From positions 2,324 to 66,323 of the forward strand of contig LCQS01000001.1 of NCBI GenBank assembly GCA_001004265.1: 64,000 nucleotides of DNA. Reading direction: 5' to 3'. How positions within the stretch are numbered: the stretch's first letter is position 1; every line of letters begins with the position of its first letter. The position numbers were made by a program, and so were the translations under genes. The notes beneath the pieces are model-generated. The model made no database searches. It had not been told where the DNA came from and saw only the letters and a list, made by a program, of their open reading frames with translations. This DNA comes from Parcubacteria group bacterium GW2011_GWA2_51_10. GTDB taxonomy: Bacteria; Patescibacteriota; Minisyncoccia; Phycocordibacterales; UBA2100. This document shows positions 55,420 to 64,000 of the stretch, in pieces.

Positions 55420-55442
55420 CGCCCTATTGTATCTGCATTGCC

Positions 55443-56456
55443 CTATCGGGTCACCCTTTCGCCGTCTGTAAAGTGCTCGCGGGTCTTTTGCACAAGAGCT
55501 TCTATATCGTTGAAGCGCCCGCTTCGCGATGATGAAAGGACGACTGCCGCGACAAGATGTTCCGGCTCGACCTCAAACACAATGGCGAGATTACCCCCCG
55601 CGAGATCCGTAAAACCAGTTTTGCCCATGACTAGGCCAGGCAAACTGCCGAGCGCCTCATTGGTATTATGTGCGAACGCTTCGACTCCGCCGTCGGCATC
55701 TGCGAGGCGAACGTCGGAGTTCGCAGTTCGAGCGAAAAAGGGCGGCCTCTCGGAAGCGGCGAATCCGAAAAGCACTGCCATATCGCGCGCGGATCCGTAT
55801 GCCCCGGAGAGTGTCTCACTCGCGTCAAGTCCGCTTACATTGAGAAAATACGTATTGCGAAGGCCCAGCTCTCGAGAGAGTTCTTTCATCCTCCACAAGA
55901 CAGCGTCGCCCTCAGGGGAACCCGGGTAGAGAGTTCGCACGCGCTCTTCCGCCAATTTCGCAAGCAGGTTGGCACCCGAATTCGACGACGAGACGAGCGT
56001 GTAGTCGACGATGTCTTGCACTCTCCACTGTTCGCGCAGCGAGGAGTTAGCCGGTGCGCCAGAAAGAGAGACGCCGCGAGGAAGGGTCACTGTCTCATCG
56101 GGTGAGAACACTTCAGCGACGATGAGCGCGAGGGCAACTTTTGTCAGGGAAGCGAGCGGAAGCTGCGCGTCCGCATTTTTCTCATACAGTGTGCTGCCGC
56201 TTTCTAAATCAACTACGATCGCGCCTTGCGCGTAAAGTTCGATCCCATCAAACGGACTGCTTTCAGCCACCGCGGCGGACGCGGCCTGAAGACCCCCGTG
56301 CGTGAGACGCCTGGGATTTTCAAAATCGACAAGGGCCGCGATAGCGCCCATGAGGAGGAGAATGAGAACAATGACGACAAGTGTCGCCGTTTCTCCGAAA
56401 GAACGCTGTGACGGAATGGGAGAGGCTGGCTTCAGTTCTTCAGTCGTCATCTGCAT
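55443..56456 (-). CDS. D-alanyl-D-alanine carboxypeptidase (S11, PBP5/DacB-like)
   Basis: TM anchor, SxxK = SLTK, SxN = SSN, KTG = KTGFT. Start at an internal Met (56456 or 56450) to limit overlap with scpB. Confidence 0.8.
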   Translation of the reverse strand: MQMTTEELKPASPIPSQRSFGETATLVVIVLILLLMGAIAALVDFENPRRLTHGGLQAASAAVAESSPFDGIELYAQGAIVVDLESGSTLYEKNADAQLPLASLTKVALALIVAEVFSPDETVTLPRGVSLSGAPANSSLREQWRVQDIVDYTLVSSSNSGANLLAKLAEERVRTLYPGSPEGDAVLWRMKELSRELGLRNTYFLNVSGLDASETLSGAYGSARDMAVLFGFAASERPPFFARTANSDVRLADADGGVEAFAHNTNEALGSLPGLVMGKTGFTDLAGGNLAIVFEVEPEHLVAAVVLSSSRSGRFNDIEALVQKTREHFTDGERVTR

Positions 56457-57015
56457 GATTACTTTGGTTTGATTCAAATGCCGCGAGTGCGCCCGCGATT
56501 GTATCATAATCGGGCAGGGCTTTTGCATCGGTTACTCCAAGATGCGCCAAGAGCTCCGTCGTCGGCGTGTATACGTATTCTCGACCGTCATTTGGATTAT
56601 TCGCGCGCGCAATGAGTCCTCGCATGAGAAGCGTGCGCAGCGTCGAGAATGTATTAACGCCGCGCATGTAATCTATGTCCGCTTTTGTTGATGGTCCGCG
56701 GTAGAGAAGGATCGCAAGAACCTCGAGGCCTGCCTCGCCGATATCTTTTTCACGCTCGCGCTCGTATGCTCGCGCTAGAAACTCAGCGCCCTTCGGCGCA
56801 ACCGCAAGCCCCACTTCAGTTTCTGTGCGAATGAGAGCGATGCCGTGCGACAGCCGACTCTCAAGAAGATCAAGTGCCTGGGACAAATCTGAAGTCGAGC
56901 ATTCCGCAAGCTGCGCGAGCCGCTTCCGCTCTAAGGTTCGTCCTTCTGCGAAGAGAAGACTCTCCGCGCGCAGTGCAAGGAGAGAGAGCTTATTCGCGTC
57001 CGCCTCGCTTATCAT
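56440..57015 (-). CDS. scpB: Segregation and condensation protein B
   Basis: Two winged-helix repeats (EALLFA-type LLFAEGRTL; LEVLAILLYRGPSTKADIDYMRGV). 4-nt overlap with scpA. Confidence 0.85.
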   Translation of the reverse strand: MISEADANKLSLLALRAESLLFAEGRTLERKRLAQLAECSTSDLSQALDLLESRLSHGIALIRTETEVGLAVAPKGAEFLARAYEREREKDIGEAGLEVLAILLYRGPSTKADIDYMRGVNTFSTLRTLLMRGLIARANNPNDGREYVYTPTTELLAHLGVTDAKALPDYDTIAGALAAFESNQSNHADDD

Positions 57016-57749
57016 ATCCCGTACTTTGGAGTAATGAGCGCTTCCATCTCAAGCGTGATGTCTGAAAAAAGCTCTCCTTGAGAGACGCTTACTGACCCGG
57101 AGCGGGCGAGCTCCAAGACTGCGAGGAAATATACGATTGTCTCGTGTCTCCCCCGCGAGCGTGTGAGCTCGCGGAAGCTCGCATGCAGGGCGGAAGAAAG
57201 ACGCTCACGAAGCTGCGCAATAACATCTGGCAGCGCTAATATCGGAGCAACCGCCGCTTCGGCAATCTTGCCTGGCGTGGGCAGCATATTTATAAGGCGC
57301 TGCACTGTCCCTCTCATCGCGTTAAGCGTGATCGCGCCGGGCGTGAATACGGGCGTGCGCTCTCGCCGATGGAGCGGGAAATAAAGCGGCGATTTTTCCC
57401 ACTCTTTTTCGAGCGCGTGCACGGCGCGGCGAATCACGCGCAAGCGAGCAAGTCGGCGCTCAAGTTCCTCTATGCTCTCGCGCTCGTCTTCGGAGAGTTC
57501 AAAGGTTGGAAGAAGGGAGCGAGATTTAATAAGAAGGAGCGTGGATGCAACAAGAATGAATTGTGCGGTCTCCCCGAGCGGCAGCTCTGGGAGTGTTTCA
57601 ACGTAGAGAATGTACGCATCTGTAACCTGCGCGAGAGAAATATCAGTGATCGACAGCTTTCGTTCCTCAATCAGATTGAGAAGTGTTTCCAATGGACCCG
57701 CGAACTCTGCTATTGCAACGCTAAATCCATGAGACATATCGAGTATCAA
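57012..57749 (-). CDS. scpA: Segregation and condensation protein A
   Basis: FAGPLETLLNLIEERKLSITDISLAQVTDAY is the kleisin N-terminal motif. Confidence 0.85.
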   Translation of the reverse strand: MILDMSHGFSVAIAEFAGPLETLLNLIEERKLSITDISLAQVTDAYILYVETLPELPLGETAQFILVASTLLLIKSRSLLPTFELSEDERESIEELERRLARLRVIRRAVHALEKEWEKSPLYFPLHRRERTPVFTPGAITLNAMRGTVQRLINMLPTPGKIAEAAVAPILALPDVIAQLRERLSSALHASFRELTRSRGRHETIVYFLAVLELARSGSVSVSQGELFSDITLEMEALITPKYGI

Positions 57750-57754
57750 TGCAT

Positions 57755-59065
57755 CTATTCGCTTAATCGAATATCTATTCGATTCAGGTCCCGCGGGAAG
57801 GCTGTTGCTTCTTTCACATTCGCGATTCCGAGCATGCGCGCTGTCATGCGCTCTAATCCTGTAGCAGACCCTCCGTGCGGCGGGAGCCCATATTTGAAGG
57901 CCTGAAGATAGAAAGAAAATTTCTGCGGATCCAATCCTCGCTCGTGCATTCGTCCAATGAGAGCGTCGTAATCATGCATGCGTTGCGAGCCGCTGTTAAT
58001 TTCGAGGCCGCGAAACAGAAGATCGAATCCGCGCGAGTACGGCGCCTCATGCGGATCTTCATATGTGTAGAATGCGCGTGCCTTCGTCGGAAAAGCGGTG
58101 ATGAACACGAAGTCTGATGCCCTCTCTTTTTTTGCCCACTCGCATATACTCCTCTCCCCTGCCGGATCGAGATCGGGCGCTTCCGTGACCCCGAGTATCT
58201 TTTGCGCTTCGCGAAGCGTGAGCGTCGGTATTTCATCCCCAATTACGGGCGGTGGAAGGTCGAATCGCTCGAACATATCGGGATGGCGCTCGGTCGCGAG
58301 CGATACAATGTCCGATACACAGCGCGAAAGCACCGCCATCGGCTCACGATGACTTTCAATAAATCCCATTTCAAAATCAAGGCTCGTCGCTTCAGAAAGA
58401 TGACGCGTTGTTGAATGTTTCTCGGCGCGGAAAATCTTAGCGACAGTGAACGCGCGCTCGAAAGGGCCAACCATAATCTGCTTGTAGAATTGCGGCGATG
58501 TTGCGAGAAACGCGCTCGTATCATGATGATAACTGACCCTGAACGCCGCGGCTCCGCCTTCTGCGTCTTCGCCGACAATGGCAGGGGCAGTGAATTCAGT
58601 GAAATCTTGCTTGCGCATTGAGGAGCGAAAACCTTCCAAAATCGTTTCCTGCATTGTGAAAATATCCCGCGACCGCGCCGTGCGGAGCGTGAGCGGCAGA
58701 TAATCGAGGTGCGTATCCAAATTGAGCTCGGCGCTCATATCAAACGGCAGCTCCTGCGCACGCGAAAGTATTACGACTGATTGAACGGATAGTTCTATGC
58801 CGCCGAACGGACCTGCGCCGCGCATATTTTCCGGTCGCTCTTTCAGCTCCCCCACGATTGCGACCGTAAACTGCGGGCGCAATTCCTTGGCAATTTCCAT
58901 CGCTTCTGACGCCCTCGGCGTTACGACGCACTGAACGATGCCGCTTCGGTCGCGCACGTCGAGGAAAATGAGCTTGCCGTGATCGCGCCTCACGTCTACC
59001 CAGCCCGCAATAGTTACGGTCTTCCCAATCTGTGCTGGCAATTCGCGATTGATGGTGCGTTCCAT
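57755..59065 (-). CDS. aspS: Aspartyl-tRNA synthetase, short archaeal/class IIb type (possibly non-discriminating)
   Basis: OB-fold N-terminus (V.IAGWV...RDHGKLIFLDVRDRSG), motif 2 FRAE...TTRHLSE, motif 3 GGSATGLERM, C-terminal FPRDLNR. 436 aa. Confidence 0.82.
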   Translation of the reverse strand: MERTINRELPAQIGKTVTIAGWVDVRRDHGKLIFLDVRDRSGIVQCVVTPRASEAMEIAKELRPQFTVAIVGELKERPENMRGAGPFGGIELSVQSVVILSRAQELPFDMSAELNLDTHLDYLPLTLRTARSRDIFTMQETILEGFRSSMRKQDFTEFTAPAIVGEDAEGGAAAFRVSYHHDTSAFLATSPQFYKQIMVGPFERAFTVAKIFRAEKHSTTRHLSEATSLDFEMGFIESHREPMAVLSRCVSDIVSLATERHPDMFERFDLPPPVIGDEIPTLTLREAQKILGVTEAPDLDPAGERSICEWAKKERASDFVFITAFPTKARAFYTYEDPHEAPYSRGFDLLFRGLEINSGSQRMHDYDALIGRMHERGLDPQKFSFYLQAFKYGLPPHGGSATGLERMTARMLGIANVKEATAFPRDLNRIDIRLSE

Positions 59066-59067
59066 AG

Positions 59068-60009
59068 TTACAGAGCTATCCCGATTTTCTCGCGAACAAA
59101 CTTCATTTTCATTTGCGCAAGTTTTCGTGCGCTCTTACTTCCTTCCGCGAGAACACCCTTCACGTCTTCGTCGCCAATGGATGCGCGTTTCTCGCGCATC
59201 GGCGCGACTTCCCGTTCGATGTCCGCGAAGAGCGCTTCCTTGAGGGCCTTATAATTGCCTCGGTTCGTCTTGTAAAGCTCGGACAGTTCCTCTCTCCCTT
59301 TGAGCGACGAGTGTATCGCATACACGATTTCGGGGCTCTCGCCTTTTGAATCTGTAACGATGCTCATGACGGTTCTCCGTATTTCCTCTTTTGATCCGAA
59401 GAGCGGTATCGTGTTACCGTAACTCTTGCTCATTTTTTTGCCATCGACTCCAGGAATCGTTGCCACTCCCCGCAGTATTTTTTCTCGCGGCTCTTTGAAC
59501 GTGTCGCCGTATGCATTGTTGAATTTAACGGCGGCTTCTCGCGCATACTCAATGTGCTGACGCTGATCTTCGCCAACGGGCACAATGTCCGTATCGTAGA
59601 GCAAAATGTCGGCCGCCATCAACATCGGGTACGCAAAAAGGCCTGCATTTGCTTCCAGCCCCTTTGCCACCTTGTCCTTATATGCATGCGCGCGCTCCAA
59701 AAAAGGCACTGTCACGAGGCACTGAAAAATCCATGCGAGTTCCATGTGCTCGGGAACGTCCGACTGCCTGAAGATGACCGCTTTTTTTGGATCAATGCCG
59801 ATAGCGAGATAGTCTTTTACAATATCGAGTGTGTTTCGCCGAAGTTCCTCAGGGTTTTTCTGCGTCGTGAGTGCGTGATAATCGGCGACCATCAGCATAC
59901 TTTCGTACTCCTCGTACATTGACAAGAATGGCTTGAGCGCACCGAAATAATTCCCGATATGGAGAGGCCCGGAAGGCTGAAGTCCGGTCAGAAGCCGTCT
60001 TTTAGTCAT
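59068..60009 (-). CDS. trpS: Tryptophanyl-tRNA synthetase
   Basis: TGLQPSGPLHIGNYFGA and KMSKS. Confidence 0.92.
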   Translation of the reverse strand: MTKRRLLTGLQPSGPLHIGNYFGALKPFLSMYEEYESMLMVADYHALTTQKNPEELRRNTLDIVKDYLAIGIDPKKAVIFRQSDVPEHMELAWIFQCLVTVPFLERAHAYKDKVAKGLEANAGLFAYPMLMAADILLYDTDIVPVGEDQRQHIEYAREAAVKFNNAYGDTFKEPREKILRGVATIPGVDGKKMSKSYGNTIPLFGSKEEIRRTVMSIVTDSKGESPEIVYAIHSSLKGREELSELYKTNRGNYKALKEALFADIEREVAPMREKRASIGDEDVKGVLAEGSKSARKLAQMKMKFVREKIGIAL

Positions 60010-60042
60010 AATCTCTCGATTTTATCAGAGATTTAATGATTG

Positions 60043-61692
60043 CTAAACGACGGGCCGTGAGACAGTGCTCGCGACAGGGAGTTCCACTACAAATCGTGAA
60101 CCCTTCCCCGCACCTTCCGAAGTAGCCCAAATTTTACCGCCGTGAGCGTCAATGACCGATTTTGCTATGAAGAGCCCATAGCCTGTGCTGTGGACGTTTA
60201 CTTTTATCGAGTCCTTTCCGGGAGAGCCGGGCTGGAAGAGTTTTGCCATGTCCTCCGTTGTAATCCCGACCCCCGTATCAACAACGGTAAGCCGCACCCA
60301 ACCTGCACTTCTCGTAAGCATGACACGCACGCTACCGTGCGGCGTATAACGAATGGAATTATCAATGATATTCCGAATGACATGATCGCGTAATTTCTGC
60401 TCATCGCCCACGATCACGAAACTACCGCTCGAAGGCGCGTCATATGTAAGTGCGAGTCCTTTTTCTTGTGCTTCCGAGCGCAGGAATTCCACGGCAGTCG
60501 AGACTGCGCCAGCAAAATCTAATTCTTTTTTGTCGAAATGCACTGTTCCCTTTTTTAAATTCGCGGCTTCGAGAATATCTTTAACAAGATCCGCGCCTCT
60601 GCGCGTCTCCGAGAGCGCCGAATGCGCCGTATCGCCTAGCCTCGGCTCGACTTTGCCGAGATCCCCTTCGACGATTGCAGAAAATACCGCCGCATTTGTC
60701 GCAAGATACCCTTTCACTTCGTGGCTGATGAAATGTATGAGGTTCTCCTGCTGTTGATTTGAAACCTCAAGTTCCTTTTCCTGCTTCTCAATGATCTGTC
60801 GCTGCTCTATCTCTCTCATGACGCCGCGTATGAGGAGTATTCCTGCAGCAAGTACAAGAACGAAGGCGCCAAGAGAGAATGCGAGAATGAGAACGTCGTC
60901 GACCAAAGTGATGATCGCGAGATTCGCGATAGCGAGAGCAAAAACAAGAGTACTCGTGGCAGTTACCTTCAAGTTAAAGAGGTCGTGTCTATATATGGCC
61001 AACGCCATGCAGGCCGCGAACGGCAAAATGAAAAGCGCACCGAATGGAATGTATCGTACGTTCAGGAAAACGGCCGGAAGTATGATGTTGAAGGCGATGA
61101 GAAGCGAAAAAGTGATGACGGTGCCGACGAATATGATCACATACGGTGACCGCCCACCACGTGCAGCTATCATTTTCCTTATCAGTTGATACAGGCCACT
61201 ACCGATAAGGAACAAAATAACAGCCAAAAAGAGCACGATGCCTGGAGCGACGATAGTTTTTGAAACCGAGCCGTCTTTGGCAATGACATCAATGCCGGAG
61301 AAAACGAATGGCGTAAGTGTCCACAGCGACGTTGCGACGACAATCGGGATGAGTACGCGCGTGTACACACGCGGATACTTTTTCGATTCCAGCGGATATA
61401 CATAGAAGAGATGGAAGAATGTAAAGGCGTGATAAACGCCAAGAAAGATGAGCGCGCGCAAAAGCCACAATACAAGCTCGGGAGAAGTAACCTTATAGTT
61501 AACGTAGTTCACAATGCTCCATAGCACGGTGACGAGCGCAAACATCATAAACGCTTTATTTGAAGCGCTATGTGGTTTATTTATGTAAATAACAACGCCC
61601 AATAATCCTATCGCGGCAATTGCAATGCCCACGAGCAGAAGGTCGAGGCGCTGAAAGAGCAAAACTTCAAAAATGCTGTCGAATATCGCCAT
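60043..61692 (-). CDS. Membrane sensor histidine kinase (no response regulator in the window)
   Basis: About eight N-terminal TM helices, H-box FISHEVKG, N-box IRNIIDNSIRYT, G-boxes DTGVGI and GYGLFIAKSV. Confidence 0.8.
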   Translation of the reverse strand: MAIFDSIFEVLLFQRLDLLLVGIAIAAIGLLGVVIYINKPHSASNKAFMMFALVTVLWSIVNYVNYKVTSPELVLWLLRALIFLGVYHAFTFFHLFYVYPLESKKYPRVYTRVLIPIVVATSLWTLTPFVFSGIDVIAKDGSVSKTIVAPGIVLFLAVILFLIGSGLYQLIRKMIAARGGRSPYVIIFVGTVITFSLLIAFNIILPAVFLNVRYIPFGALFILPFAACMALAIYRHDLFNLKVTATSTLVFALAIANLAIITLVDDVLILAFSLGAFVLVLAAGILLIRGVMREIEQRQIIEKQEKELEVSNQQQENLIHFISHEVKGYLATNAAVFSAIVEGDLGKVEPRLGDTAHSALSETRRGADLVKDILEAANLKKGTVHFDKKELDFAGAVSTAVEFLRSEAQEKGLALTYDAPSSGSFVIVGDEQKLRDHVIRNIIDNSIRYTPHGSVRVMLTRSAGWVRLTVVDTGVGITTEDMAKLFQPGSPGKDSIKVNVHSTGYGLFIAKSVIDAHGGKIWATSEGAGKGSRFVVELPVASTVSRPVV

Positions 61693-61697
61693 AGAGA

Positions 61698-62609
61698 TCA
61701 GAATCGCCTCAGGTAATGAGCGGTGTTGGTAAAGAAAATCGCATCCGGATACACTGAACGAATCTGTGCCCTTGTCTTATATCGCGCCATAGAAAAGATG
61801 GTTCCATTCAAAAAGACTGGAGAGTGCCACGCGAAGATTGATTGAATGATGCCGTGCAGCCAACTTTTGTACCCGTCAAACTCGATGGATGTTTTCGATA
61901 CTCGATGGAGAACATCGTCGAGCTTTCTTTGCTGTTCGCCGTCTAGATGGTGCTTGAATAGCGAATGATACGCGAGATCGAAATATCCGTCCGGAAATGA
62001 TTCAGGCAGTGAAAAAATATCATTCGTGCAAAGAATAATCGTAAATTGCGAATGAGCGCGTGCACGAGCTGCATCTACGCTCGCACTGTCAAGTGTCGAA
62101 TTGCGTTCGATAGAGACTGATTCTGTTGCCCCCAAGGTGCGCGAGGCGATCTCGTGCGTGCTTTCAAACATGTCGATACCTACGATGGTAACTCTATGCG
62201 TGTATCCGACACGCTTGAGATATTCGATAACTTGCCGATCGACCTCCATGCCTCCTGCGCCAGCACTTGCTATTGTGACGTCGCGATTCGCCTCAATGAT
62301 CGTCTTAGATATCTCTTTCACAAGAGGGCGCACGAGCCCTGGTTTTTCACGACGTTCGAGCGCAATCAGCTCTGTGTGCATTTCTTCGTCCCACGGATCG
62401 TATGGAAAGTCCGTAAGTTCAAGGAGCAGAGACGCATCCATTTTTCTTGCATGGCCAATCAACCAAGCAGCATATGCCATTGGCGAGTGTGCAGCGCGCA
62501 AAAAACGCTCGAGTTCTGCGATCGCATATGCCCGCGATGAGTTTCTCGGATCAGTCTTTAAGTCCTGGAGTTTTGCCAGTATGCCAGTGATCTTTTGCTG
62601 TCTCGTCAT
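61698..62609 (-). CDS. Hypothetical protein with Rossmann/SAM-methyltransferase-like core
   Basis: VTIASAGAGGMEV (motif I-like), VGIDM, FDLAYHSLFKHHL. Start moved to MTRQQK (62609). Confidence 0.4.
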   Translation of the reverse strand: MTRQQKITGILAKLQDLKTDPRNSSRAYAIAELERFLRAAHSPMAYAAWLIGHARKMDASLLLELTDFPYDPWDEEMHTELIALERREKPGLVRPLVKEISKTIIEANRDVTIASAGAGGMEVDRQVIEYLKRVGYTHRVTIVGIDMFESTHEIASRTLGATESVSIERNSTLDSASVDAARARAHSQFTIILCTNDIFSLPESFPDGYFDLAYHSLFKHHLDGEQQRKLDDVLHRVSKTSIEFDGYKSWLHGIIQSIFAWHSPVFLNGTIFSMARYKTRAQIRSVYPDAIFFTNTAHYLRRF

Positions 62610-62616
62610 ATGTAGT

Positions 62617-63666
62617 TTATTTGAGCACTGCGGAAAGAGGAAGCCGCGATGAGCGCGCAGTCGGGGGCTCGGCATGGCCGACGCGAAACATAAATGTTAC
62701 AGGACGGCCGCCTGCGCTGCATATGCGTTCAACAGTTGCATAGGTGTCTTTGAGTATTCGTACATGCGCATGACCAAAGCCGTGAGCACCATCGTTTTCG
62801 AGTTTCAACCGCAGGAATAAGATGCCGGCAAGCGGTTGGACAGAAAGAGATCGCAGGGTTGCAGCAAGCCATACGCGCTCGAGAACTCGTCCCGCAATGA
62901 CAAAATCGATCGGCTGTGTGCCACTAGAAATAAGGCAGCCAATTGCGGAGGCAGATGCATTCGTCGCCCCGTTTTGTTTGGCGATTGCCTTATGCATGCC
63001 GACGAGACACAGGATTCGGGCGATACTCCACGACCGGAGCAATTTGAATATCGCTCTGCCCGGCGGCGGCAATTCAAGTGTCTCGATGTAAAATCCTGCA
63101 GAGCTTCTGTCGTCCTCCCCCCTTGTCCAGTTGATGTGACTGAAGAAAAAATCATGGATTTTTTTATTCGTCAGCATTATTTCCTCGTTAACTGCTCCGG
63201 CTCTCCCGAGAGCGTCCACTGATTCGCGAGATTCAACGAGCGTGAGCACTGTCGAGGACTCGCTCTTAGCCGCACCAAGGAGAGCCGCCCTCTCTTCCAC
63301 GGAAAGGACTCGACGCTCATAGGGCTTTCTGTTCGTTGTTCGCGCATCTATCGCGCCGGCAAGAGGATCTTTCCGTCCGCCCTCACGTAACGTAATGGTT
63401 GCGACGTGGTTATGGTCTTGATCCGGAAAGTACGCAACAGACGCTCCATACCCATCTGCGCTTGCTGCAAGCACAATATTTTCAAGCGCCGCCCCGCACG
63501 CCATGTACGACGCCCGCTGGCCCCAATTGTAAATTGACTGGTCCACCTCCGGAGCGAGCCACACATCAATTGCACTATCACCTGCAAAGAAGCGCCACGG
63601 CTGCGCATTCTCGCCTGACGGCGCTCGTATTCCAGCTCTGATGTAACGCTCGATATTCTCCTTCAT
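62617..63666 (-). CDS. Acg-type double nitroreductase-fold protein
   Basis: IRAGIRAPSGENAQPWRF at the N-terminus. About 350 aa, as expected for two fused nitroreductase halves. Confidence 0.6.
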   Translation of the reverse strand: MKENIERYIRAGIRAPSGENAQPWRFFAGDSAIDVWLAPEVDQSIYNWGQRASYMACGAALENIVLAASADGYGASVAYFPDQDHNHVATITLREGGRKDPLAGAIDARTTNRKPYERRVLSVEERAALLGAAKSESSTVLTLVESRESVDALGRAGAVNEEIMLTNKKIHDFFFSHINWTRGEDDRSSAGFYIETLELPPPGRAIFKLLRSWSIARILCLVGMHKAIAKQNGATNASASAIGCLISSGTQPIDFVIAGRVLERVWLAATLRSLSVQPLAGILFLRLKLENDGAHGFGHAHVRILKDTYATVERICSAGGRPVTFMFRVGHAEPPTARSSRLPLSAVLK

Positions 63667-63980
63667 ACTGAAATGCCAAATCGCTTAGCAAAGGCGTGCC
63701 CTTCCTCGGCGCGCTTATCGCGCGCAGAGGGAGCGTCATAACCTGGGATAAGCATTTCATCAAATGATACGAGGGCGCGATTGCTTTCAAGAGGTTCGCC
63801 ACTCACAATTCTGCGCACGCAGTATGCGACCGCTGCGCCCGCAAGCATTGCCGCTCCTCCCAGCTGCGGCCATGATACGAGCGACTTGCCGATCTCGAGG
63901 AGCGATTCTTGCATTCGCGGCGTTACATTCTCCGCGCCAATGTGTCGCGTGATGGTGCGGCCAATGTTAATTTTATCCAT
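63663..63980 (-). CDS. Hypothetical 105-aa protein, first visible gene of the nitroreductase/kinase operon
   Basis: ORF with a 4-nt overlap onto the nitroreductase gene and one hydrophobic segment (LGGAAMLAGAAVAY). No family recognised. Confidence 0.3.
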   Translation of the reverse strand: MDKINIGRTITRHIGAENVTPRMQESLLEIGKSLVSWPQLGGAAMLAGAAVAYCVRRIVSGEPLESNRALVSFDEMLIPGYDAPSARDKRAEEGHAFAKRFGISV

Positions 63981-64000
63981 TTTTTTTAGTTCCTCGTACC

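Overview
This is a gene-dense 64-kb fragment from a small-genome bacterium, and most of it is housekeeping. The gene content is consistent with a Patescibacteria/CPR (Parcubacteria-like) lineage: a DUF5671-type membrane protein, a free-standing LAGLIDADG-like gene, a short archaeal-type AspRS, minimal F-ATPase delta and epsilon subunits, and no biosynthetic pathways. That placement is inference only. The standard genetic code applies, because TGA, TAA and TAG all end conserved genes at the expected C-termini.

Plus-strand blocks:
- A small sugar module (six-hairpin glycosidase plus ROK-like kinase).
- mraZ-rsmH-ftsL-like-ftsI.
- An alkylation-repair pair (mpg, ogt).
- A PfkB kinase with ahcY.
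- A complete F1Fo ATP synthase operon with a NUDIX gene wedged between atpG and atpD.
- A 1764-aa secreted subtilase/adhesin.
- ychF and leuS.
- A Kef-type antiporter, a Ctp protease and rplI.

Minus-strand blocks:
- guaA, cysS and rpmA.
- A lexA plus Y-family polymerase cassette.
- One long tightly packed operon: histidine kinase, trpS, aspS, scpA, scpB, dac, mraY, ftsW, murG, gltX and an M23 peptidase.

There are two tRNAs: Ala-GGC and Glu-CUC.

Most notable observations:
1. LeuRS carries two whole extra enzyme domains, an alpha/beta serine hydrolase and a NUDIX domain, inserted on either side of the CP1 editing domain.
2. Many intergenic spacers are built from 7-nt-phased stop-codon repeats (GTAG/CTAC heptads and variants). 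Their arms can pair and bring the upstream stop next to the downstream start.
3. A second repeat family, CCCGTTAGAG, forms perfect 14-22 bp inverted repeats. Two of these clamp a stop codon to the next start codon.
4. Several genes show a leaderless-type promoter layout (TGnTAnnnT, 6 nt, ATG).

All small-feature coordinates were derived by hand against the ORF-track anchors. No database search was possible.
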